Shown: in pieces, positions 57,117-64,000 of the stretch
Numbering within the stretch: the stretch's first letter is position 1
Layout of the letters: every line of letters starts with the position of its first letter
NCBI GenBank assembly: GCA_947632595.1
Contig: CANRPY010000007.1
Coordinates: 238 to 64,237, forward strand
Reading direction: 5' to 3'
Source of the DNA: an uncultured Bacilli bacterium
GTDB taxonomy: Bacteria > Bacillota_I > Bacilli_A > RF39 > UBA660
Length of the DNA stretch: 64,000 bases
Made by a program: the position numbers and the translations under genes
The notes under the pieces: model-generated
What the model was told of the DNA's origin: nothing
Seen by the model: only the letters and a program-made list of their open reading frames with translations
The model's database searches: none

Positions 57117-58355
57117 TGTATCTTCCTCATCGCTTTCTTCGTCTTCATCAATTTCTTTATGAATGTTTTTGGTAAGACCAATTCCTGCGGCACCAGAAAT
57201 TACACCAACAAGAGCAGGAGTAATATAGTCTTCAATTCCCATCTTACCACCAACTCCCGTATCAGGAATTGGAGCATATTCTGTTGTGGCAGGTGGAGTA
57301 GTAACTACCGTAGGATTGGTAGGAGTGGTAATGGAATGTTCATCTATTCCACTAGTTTCTTCACGATATTGAGGCGCTGGTGCAGGCTCTGTAGGAGGTG
57401 GACCATAAAGTAATTGACGATCCTCTTCGAAACTATACTGTAAATCATCATCCGCTTTTACCCCATATAATACTTGTTGAACAGGTTCTGTTGTTTCAAC
57501 TGGATGAACTTCAGGAGCAGGACGAGGACCATATAATACTTGTTCCACTCGGCCAGAATCTTCGATGGCATGAATTTCAGGTTCTGGCTCAACTGGAGGA
57601 GGTCCATAAAGTAACTGACGATCTTCTTCGTAGCCAACCTGCAAATCATCATCCGCTTTTACTCCGTATAATACTTGTTCAACTCTGCCTTCTACTGGAT
57701 GAGCCTCAGGAGCAGGACGAGCCCCATATAAGACCTGTCGATTTTCTTCTACGACAACAGTCTCTTCATCTCCAGTTAAAACATCATCGCTAGATCTTAC
57801 TCCATATAAAACTTGTTCCACACGCTCTGGTTCTTCCACCATATGAACTTCAGGAGTAGGACGAGCTCCGTATAATACCTGTTGAACAGGTTCTGCTTCC
57901 ACCGTTTGTACAATATCCGGTTTTTTCACTCCATATAATACTTGAACTTCTCTTTCACGAACAGTCTTCACATCAATGATTTTTGGCATACCATTTAATG
58001 TTTGTGCACCAGCCGCAATCGCAACCGCACTAGAAGCAGCAATTGTTTTAGGAATAGCCGCAGAATCTTGTGTTGGAGTATCCAAACTCTTAATTTTCTC
58101 AGCAGAATCAACCATTTGATCATATAATTTTTTAGTATCTTCTCTACATTGAACCATTAATTTTTCAGGCATTCTCATATTAATAGAAGAATCATCTTGT
58201 TCTAGAAAAGAAAACCCTTTTGCATAAGCAATATCCATAACAGCACGATACAATAGATAATCAACATCAATCAAATCATTTTGAATATCCTGGAAAAGAG
58301 CAATCGCATCTTGTACTTGCCCTTCATTATATTGAATCCCAAAATCATTACTCAT
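57108..58355 (-). CDS. Repeat protein: helical N-domain, nine (V/L)LYG repeats, C-terminal TM anchor and acidic tail
   Basis: GTGAGGTGA RBS. Nine Q(V/L)LYG(V/A/P) motifs. TM ITPALVGVISGAAGIGLT near the C-terminus, then DEDEESDEEDTEK. Confidence 0.7.
   Translation of the reverse strand: MSNDFGIQYNEGQVQDAIALFQDIQNDLIDVDYLLYRAVMDIAYAKGFSFLEQDDSSINMRMPEKLMVQCREDTKKLYDQMVDSAEKIKSLDTPTQDSAAIPKTIAASSAVAIAAGAQTLNGMPKIIDVKTVREREVQVLYGVKKPDIVQTVEAEPVQQVLYGARPTPEVHMVEEPERVEQVLYGVRSSDDVLTGDEETVVVEENRQVLYGARPAPEAHPVEGRVEQVLYGVKADDDLQVGYEEDRQLLYGPPPVEPEPEIHAIEDSGRVEQVLYGPRPAPEVHPVETTEPVQQVLYGVKADDDLQYSFEEDRQLLYGPPPTEPAPAPQYREETSGIDEHSITTPTNPTVVTTPPATTEYAPIPDTGVGGKMGIEDYITPALVGVISGAAGIGLTKNIHKEIDEDEESDEEDTEK
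57395..57950 (-). repeat. In-frame coding tandem repeats
   Basis: CCATATAA(T/G)AC(T/C)TGT recurs on the + strand. Two long units of about 200 nt, starting at 57401 and 57601, begin with near-identical GG(A/T)CCATAAAGTAA(T/C)TGACGATC(C/T)TCTTCG. Confidence 0.8.
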
Positions 58356-58743
58356 AGCTAGTCACCTCACTAGGAACGCCGCCTTTTAATTCTAACTGTT
58401 CTTTTTCTTGTCTTTTTGCTTCCTCGTTAAGAATAACTTGTTTACGATTAAGTACCTTTTCACAAGTAGTTGTAATAGAGCTCGCTAAATCATCTAAATA
58501 CAAAGAAAAATTTTGAACACTTTTCTGATATTCACCAATTTTTTCATCAAATCCAACACCATCAATAGAAAGATTCTCTTTCGTACAAAGACTTTGTAAA
58601 GTTCCAATTTTAAAAGAAATATCATTTAATTTTTGAGAGACATCTTTCATAGAAGAACAACCACTTAATATGGTAGATGCATCAATCATTTCATGAGCAT
58701 CTTGAGCTGTAACGATAGTTCCCTTATATATATCAATTGCCAT
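58348..58743 (-). CDS. Hypothetical 131-aa helical protein, translationally coupled to the repeat protein
   Basis: AGGAGG RBS. 8-nt overlap with the downstream gene. No signal peptide. Three Cys. Confidence 0.6.
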   Translation of the reverse strand: MAIDIYKGTIVTAQDAHEMIDASTILSGCSSMKDVSQKLNDISFKIGTLQSLCTKENLSIDGVGFDEKIGEYQKSVQNFSLYLDDLASSITTTCEKVLNRKQVILNEEAKRQEKEQLELKGGVPSEVTSYE

Positions 58744-58865
58744 AATATCTATCCTCCTAAACTAATTTAATTGTATCATAGAAAAGAAACGAAAGAAAAT
58801 AGAAAAATAAATTATTCTAGCAAACCATTTCCTATTGTGTTATAGTTAATGGTAGAGGTGTAACA

Positions 58866-59963
58866 ATGATAAGTGATTTAGAAAAAAGAAAAAAAGAATA
58901 TGAAATGGAATTACTACATGAAGAGAGAAAAAGATTATATGAACATCCACAATTAAGACACTTATTTTTGGAAGTAACATCAAGATGCAATGCAAGATGT
59001 GAACACTGTGGAAGTAGATGCGATGAGAACGAGCAAGGAGAAGAAATTAGTGCAGAAGCATTAAAGAAAACACTAAAAGAAGTTGCTGAATGCTATAACC
59101 CTAGAAAAATACTTTTAAATGTTACAGGAGGAGAGCCTCTTGTTAGAAAAGATTTATTTGATATCTTAGAATATGCAGTAAGTCTAGGTTTTCCATGGGG
59201 AATGACTTCAAATGGAATTCTTATTTCCGATGAAATGGTAAAAAAACTAGAAAAAGCAAAAATGTCAACAGTATCGATTAGTATAGATGGACTAAGAGAA
59301 ACTCATGAATCCTTCCGTAAAGTAAAAAACTGCTATGACAGAATTCTACATGGAATCGATAAAATGATTGAGTCTCCTGTCATTAAAATTGTGCAAGTAA
59401 CAACAGTAGCCAATAAGAAAAATATTCATGAATTAGAAGCAATCTACCAAATGTTATTAGAACATAAAGTCCAATATTGGAGAGTAGTAAATTGTGATCC
59501 AATTGGTAGAGCAAATGATAACAAAGAGATTTTCTTAGATATGGAAGACTATAAATATTTATTTAAATTTATTACAGAAAAACAAAAAGAAGGAAAAATG
59601 AAAGAAATTTCCTATGGATGTAGTCACTATCTAGGATTAAATGCAGAAAAAACAGTAAGAAATAATTATTTTATTTGTATGACAGGATTATATGTAGGTA
59701 GTATTTTAAGTAATGGAGATATCTTTGTATGTCCAAATGTCCCAAGAAGAAAAGAATTAATTCAAGGAAATATTAAAACCGATAGTTTTGTAGATGTATG
59801 GGAAAATAAATTTAAATGTTACAGAACAGAAAATAGAACTTCGAATGCAAAATGTAAAAGATGCAAACACTGGAATTATTGTGGAGGAGATTCTTTCCAT
59901 ACCTGGAATTTTGATGAGAAAAAACCAAATATCTGTTTAAAAGAAATCTTTGAAGATCTATAG
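58866..59963 (+). CDS. Radical SAM enzyme with a C-terminal SPASM-type auxiliary cluster domain
   Basis: CNARCEHC (CX3CX2C). GGEP. ISIDG. SPASM pattern C-x12-G-x4-C, then CKRCKHWNYCGGDS, with Ser where the fourth Cys of CX2CX5CX3C is expected. Confidence 0.8.
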   Translation: MISDLEKRKKEYEMELLHEERKRLYEHPQLRHLFLEVTSRCNARCEHCGSRCDENEQGEEISAEALKKTLKEVAECYNPRKILLNVTGGEPLVRKDLFDILEYAVSLGFPWGMTSNGILISDEMVKKLEKAKMSTVSISIDGLRETHESFRKVKNCYDRILHGIDKMIESPVIKIVQVTTVANKKNIHELEAIYQMLLEHKVQYWRVVNCDPIGRANDNKEIFLDMEDYKYLFKFITEKQKEGKMKEISYGCSHYLGLNAEKTVRNNYFICMTGLYVGSILSNGDIFVCPNVPRRKELIQGNIKTDSFVDVWENKFKCYRTENRTSNAKCKRCKHWNYCGGDSFHTWNFDEKKPNICLKEIFEDL

Positions 59964-59986
59964 AAACTAGCAATGCTAGTTTTTTA
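59964..59986 (+). terminator. Rho-independent terminator
   Basis: AAACTAGC-aat-GCTAGTTT hairpin plus a T-run. Confidence 0.6.
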
Positions 59987-60075
59987 TTTGGAAAAATGAA
60001 AAAGAGAAAAGATAGGATATTGCTTTTTTAAATGGTCTCAATTATAATGTTAAATATAAGATAGTAGGTGTATGT

Positions 60076-63000
60076 ATGAAGAAAAATGGTAAAAAGAATA
60101 TGAATCACAAAGGATTTTCCTTTGTTGAGCTTTTAGCGGCAATTGTAATAATTGGAATTCTCTCCTTTTTCGCAGTAACTGCTGTCAATAGATACATCAA
60201 GCAATCAAAAGATGTAAAAAATGACGAAAATATAAAAAATATTAAGATGGCTGCCCAAATGTATCTGCAAGCAAATCGTAGTAGTCTTCCAAAAAATATA
60301 GGAGAAAACGTAATAATAGAAGCAAAGACCCTAAGAGATTCCAATTATTTAAAAGAAGACATTACAAACGCAAAAGGGGAAAACTGTATGCAGTCATCCG
60401 TTCGCGTTTATCACTATGATCGAGATGAATACTCCTATTATGTTAATATGGCATGTGGAAATGAAGAAGGCCTAAAAGATGATGATGATACAATACCAGC
60501 TCCAAGCATTGATATCGATTTCTATAACGATGATAAAGCAACAAAAGAAGTAAAAACAAATGATGTTAACAATGTTTACTTTGAAGCAAATATTTGCGGA
60601 GATGATGCTTGTGACGGTTCATCAAAAGACGATGAGCAACTAGGAATCTATAGTTATTCTTATGAAATCTATGCCATATATGACGAAGATAATAAAGAAA
60701 AAGAAGAAAAACAACAATTAGTATATAACAGCGGTAATTTAAAAGGTGGTTTGCAAACACAACTTAAAATAGTATCCAAACGTGTTTCAGAATATGTCAA
60801 TTTTTCTGGATTTACCATGATAAGCGTAAAAATAACAGCCGTAAATGAACAAGGAATCAGTTATACAGAAACGGTCGCAAGTGCAGATTATAAAGATAAT
60901 AATCCACCAGTTTGTAAAACAGGGAATCAAGATAGCCAAGAAGAAAGCAAATATTATCCAGGAGAAGCAATAAACGATAATGACTGGTTAAATAAAAAAG
61001 CCTATTATAATTTTATAAATGGAAAATCCTATGAATCTACCTATCGTACAGATACGGTAAATAACTTAAGAACAGAAAAGTTTAAAAATGATCATACATT
61101 TAAAATAACTGCATATTGTGATGATGGATTTGGATCTGGATGTATTAGAAACTCTTTCGTTAGAACATGGCCTAACGGAGATAATTCAAAGAATAACCAA
61201 ATTAAATACCAATACGGTGCAAGATGGTCTAATATAACCATAAAAGATAATGCAAATCATGCTACAGATTGTTATGTACGTGCAAATGTTGACTTAAAAG
61301 CACCAACCATAAAAGTAGATGTATATAAAGTAAATGGTAATAAAAAGACCTTACTAAAAGAATTATCAAGAGAATTTACAAATAACGAGATAGAGGATAA
61401 TGGTGAAGGAGATAATTATACAATTTCTTGTGCGGATTCAAAGGATAAAAAGAATTGTCCAAAAGATTTAGTAGAATCAAGCACAGGAGAACTTTGGATG
61501 AATGCAGAGAATTATCCTGGAGGAACTCTAGAAATTGATATTGAAATGGAAGATAATTTGTATTTACATGACTATACATGGGAATTAAATGATCCATATA
61601 TCGGAAGTGGAAAATCTGTTGGAGATCCTTCTTTGAAGAACGCAAAGGATGAACAAGGAAATAGTGAAATAGTTCAAAAAGTTTTTGCAGAAAATAATTC
61701 GGACGAAAGAGTTAGCGATTTGAAAGGTGACAATGTAGAACATTCAAGATTATCGGCAAGTGTAGAAGGGTTAAAAATTAATCGAGAAGGAAAACGATAT
61801 GGAAAATTCACGGCATGTGATAAAGCAGGAAACTGTACAACAGTTAATTTCTACTTTAATATTGATATAACACCACCTCCAACACCAACTCCTAGCTATG
61901 TTAAAGATAATAAAAATCATACAAAATATAGTCCTGCGGATTGGACTAATTATAGTAAGGAAGAAGCCACACATTGGTCAAATATAAATGTTATAGCTTA
62001 TATTCCAGAAACTTATGCAAACGATAAAAATACACAAGATAAAAATAGAAAAGATAGTTTATCAGGATTTGATCATTTTAATTATTATTATGCTCAACAA
62101 AATGGTAAATGGTCTTGGAAAAAAGCAAACCGTACACAATTATCAAATTATAGTTCCTATAAGTATGGATACTTAATAAAGGACCAAGGAACTCACAAAA
62201 TATCATTTACGAGTTGTGACAAAGCGCAAAATTGTACACCAAAGCCAAAATTAGATGATTATATTCGTGTTGATACGCTAGCCCCTTCTTGTACTACAAG
62301 AAAAGTACCTAGCGATAACAACTGGCAGAACCAACCAGTTACTGTTTATGGTGATTGTTACGAAAGCAATAAAATAGGCGAGGATTATTCAAGTGGTTGT
62401 GTAAAAGATAAGGACGGTTTAACATCTATTTATAAACGTTATGAGAATGACATAAATACAAATAATGCAGGAGCTGCGGGAGTAAATGATAAAGGAACAG
62501 TTTACGATTATGCAGGTAATTCCGCAACTTGTGGTTATAAAACCGTAAAGATAGATACAGAAGCACCGACATGTTCATATCATCCAGAAGATGTAGCGTG
62601 CCAAACAAATATGTATGGACGAAAAGTTTGTACAAAAATTAGATATGATTTTTCGTGCTATGATGATTACGTAAATGGTGTGCGTTCAGGATGTAATCCT
62701 GCCCCAAATTCTGTAACTTTTTCAAGCAATGGCAAATTTAAACCTTCAAGTTATTCCGTATCAGACAAGGCGGGCAACAAAAGAAAATGTTCAGGTGATG
62801 AAATAGATGTTGTATTAGAAGATGCACCAAAAGGAAAATGTTCCATTTCAAATGGAAAAATTAATGTACAAGTAATAAAAAATGAGAATTCAAGTGGAGT
62901 TCAAACTATTACATACAGTTTAGATGGAACAAATTATTCGTCTGATAATTCTATACCAAGTTGCGAATCAACAAAAAAGACATATTATCCGAAGGCTAAA

Positions 63001-63489
63001 ATTATATCTAAATCCGGACTTGTAAGTGAAGAAATATCCTGCGGCAATGTTGAAGTTCCTAATTGTTGTTCTAGCACCTATTCTAAACAAGGTACCTGTA
63101 ATGCAGAATGTGGTGGAGGGAAAGCAACTAATAGATATTATTCGACATATGATAATAGAGATTGTGGTAGTAGTAGTCAAGTAGACTGTAACACCGATCC
63201 TTGTGGTTCACAGGTGAATGACTGTAAAGTCCGTGGGAAAACAAAATATAATGTATCAAGATGGTATAATTGTTCAGGAAATGATGCTACAGAATCTGCT
63301 CCGCACATGAAAGCTTATATTCATTATTGCTGGGATGCAAAAAAACAAAAATATGTAACAAAAAATGAAGATGATAGTTTAAATACTTTCTCATATGTAT
63401 GCCCAAATAAACCTTATACAGAACAAGATGGATGGACAATCATTGATGATCCAGCAGACAATGGATATCAAGGAAGAGAGGTTAAGTAA
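60076..63489 (+). CDS. Giant modular type IV pilin-like protein (prepilin signal, pilin head, Cys-rich adhesin-like modules)
   Basis: MKKNGKKNMNHKG/FSFVELLAAIVIIGIL shows Gly-1, Phe+1 and Glu+5. The pilin head resembles the 45562 pilin. Five DxAGN...C...D..AP modules. C-terminal CX3CGGG...CNTDPC motif. Confidence 0.8.
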   Translation: MKKNGKKNMNHKGFSFVELLAAIVIIGILSFFAVTAVNRYIKQSKDVKNDENIKNIKMAAQMYLQANRSSLPKNIGENVIIEAKTLRDSNYLKEDITNAKGENCMQSSVRVYHYDRDEYSYYVNMACGNEEGLKDDDDTIPAPSIDIDFYNDDKATKEVKTNDVNNVYFEANICGDDACDGSSKDDEQLGIYSYSYEIYAIYDEDNKEKEEKQQLVYNSGNLKGGLQTQLKIVSKRVSEYVNFSGFTMISVKITAVNEQGISYTETVASADYKDNNPPVCKTGNQDSQEESKYYPGEAINDNDWLNKKAYYNFINGKSYESTYRTDTVNNLRTEKFKNDHTFKITAYCDDGFGSGCIRNSFVRTWPNGDNSKNNQIKYQYGARWSNITIKDNANHATDCYVRANVDLKAPTIKVDVYKVNGNKKTLLKELSREFTNNEIEDNGEGDNYTISCADSKDKKNCPKDLVESSTGELWMNAENYPGGTLEIDIEMEDNLYLHDYTWELNDPYIGSGKSVGDPSLKNAKDEQGNSEIVQKVFAENNSDERVSDLKGDNVEHSRLSASVEGLKINREGKRYGKFTACDKAGNCTTVNFYFNIDITPPPTPTPSYVKDNKNHTKYSPADWTNYSKEEATHWSNINVIAYIPETYANDKNTQDKNRKDSLSGFDHFNYYYAQQNGKWSWKKANRTQLSNYSSYKYGYLIKDQGTHKISFTSCDKAQNCTPKPKLDDYIRVDTLAPSCTTRKVPSDNNWQNQPVTVYGDCYESNKIGEDYSSGCVKDKDGLTSIYKRYENDINTNNAGAAGVNDKGTVYDYAGNSATCGYKTVKIDTEAPTCSYHPEDVACQTNMYGRKVCTKIRYDFSCYDDYVNGVRSGCNPAPNSVTFSSNGKFKPSSYSVSDKAGNKRKCSGDEIDVVLEDAPKGKCSISNGKINVQVIKNENSSGVQTITYSLDGTNYSSDNSIPSCESTKKTYYPKAKIISKSGLVSEEISCGNVEVPNCCSSTYSKQGTCNAECGGGKATNRYYSTYDNRDCGSSSQVDCNTDPCGSQVNDCKVRGKTKYNVSRWYNCSGNDATESAPHMKAYIHYCWDAKKQKYVTKNEDDSLNTFSYVCPNKPYTEQDGWTIIDDPADNGYQGREVK

Positions 63490-63968
63490 TGAAACAAAAA
63501 CGAAAATTAAAACTCATTATAACAGTCATAATTATCATAGTCATAATTATAGTAGGAGCATATCTTATCTTCCATAAAGAAGAGAAAAAAGAAAAAGAGA
63601 AAGGGTATCCAATCAAAAATATAGTGAACAAAGATCTTGGTGATGAGCATTGTTTAGATGATTTCTGTTTAAAGAATATGACAATTGCCTATTATAAAGA
63701 TTCTATCTCTTCAATTTATGCAGAATTAATAAATAAGAGTGGTGAAGTAAAAGATATATGTTTAAAAATTTCTTTTAAGTCGAAAGGAATTGAAAAAACA
63801 TTTGATTATAGCACTTGCTATTTAAAAGCAGATCCAAACAAAGAAAATCCAATTGAAACATATTTTGGAGAAGAAGAAAAAGACGTTGTTTTTGCAAACA
63901 ATTATCAAATATCATATCTAGCACCAGAAGAAGAACAAGAAATATTAAGTACAAAAGAAAGTGAATAG
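63489..63968 (+). CDS. Single-pass membrane protein coupled to the giant pilin gene
   Basis: TAATG stop/start overlap. N-terminal anchor LIITVIIIIVIIIVGAYLIF. Four Cys in the external domain. Confidence 0.6.
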   Translation: MKQKRKLKLIITVIIIIVIIIVGAYLIFHKEEKKEKEKGYPIKNIVNKDLGDEHCLDDFCLKNMTIAYYKDSISSIYAELINKSGEVKDICLKISFKSKGIEKTFDYSTCYLKADPNKENPIETYFGEEEKDVVFANNYQISYLAPEEEQEILSTKESE

Positions 63969-63975
63969 TTAGAAA

Positions 63976-64000
63976 AAGTCAATGTGAGATACATTGACTT
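63976..64000 (+). terminator. Probable terminator hairpin, cut by the window end
   Basis: AAGTCAATGT-gagat-ACATTGACTT hairpin. The T-run would lie beyond base 64000. Confidence 0.45.

Noticed and set aside
57398-57793. 131-aa plus-strand ORF inside the repeat region
   Set aside because: It is antisense to the (V/L)LYG repeat gene. Repeats keep the opposite frame open by chance. The minus-strand frame has an RBS, coupling to the upstream gene and a terminator.
57395-57950. Possible CRISPR-like or non-coding repeat array
   Set aside because: The repeats are degenerate, in-frame and coding, with no unique spacers of constant length and no cas genes.

Overview
AT-rich (roughly one-third G+C by eye) chromosomal segment from a low-GC Gram-positive bacterium (Bacillota-like). 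Supporting markers: Prp-processed L27, class I aldolase, a Y-family polymerase/YolD pair, a DnaD-domain replication protein and a SpoVB/MurJ-type flippase. A finer taxonomic call needs a database search. About 60 genes, mostly on the + strand and mostly housekeeping: uppP, xth, fda, murD, tag, gltX, pyrH, rplU-prp-rpmA, obg, yebC, ruvAB, queA, tgt, ppaC, helD, mtaB, plus a two-component system. Two tRNAs were found: Met-CAU and Gln-CUG. I saw no rRNA, CRISPR array, transposase or integrase. Many genes carry their own extended -10 promoter (TGnTATAAT, at least eight exact copies) and a clean rho-independent terminator. The most unusual content is at 57.1-64.0 kb: a divergent two-gene operon encoding a protein with nine (V/L)LYG repeats, an orphan radical SAM/SPASM enzyme, and a 1137-aa cysteine-rich protein. 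That large protein has a textbook prepilin signal, a pilin head module, five HYR-like modules and a thrombospondin-type-1-like cysteine motif. The matching pilC-pilD pair (38.9-41.3 kb) and a small pilin (45.6 kb) lie elsewhere, and no pilus ATPase is present in the window. Other candidates: a possible MurL/MurD2 cell-wall route, a ClpX-like ATPase with a non-canonical N-domain, a coupled pair with a RelE/Gp49-like domain, a pseudo-HPt/receiver protein, and a tandem GreA-C-domain protein between queA and tgt. All functional calls rest on motif recognition by eye; no searches were run.
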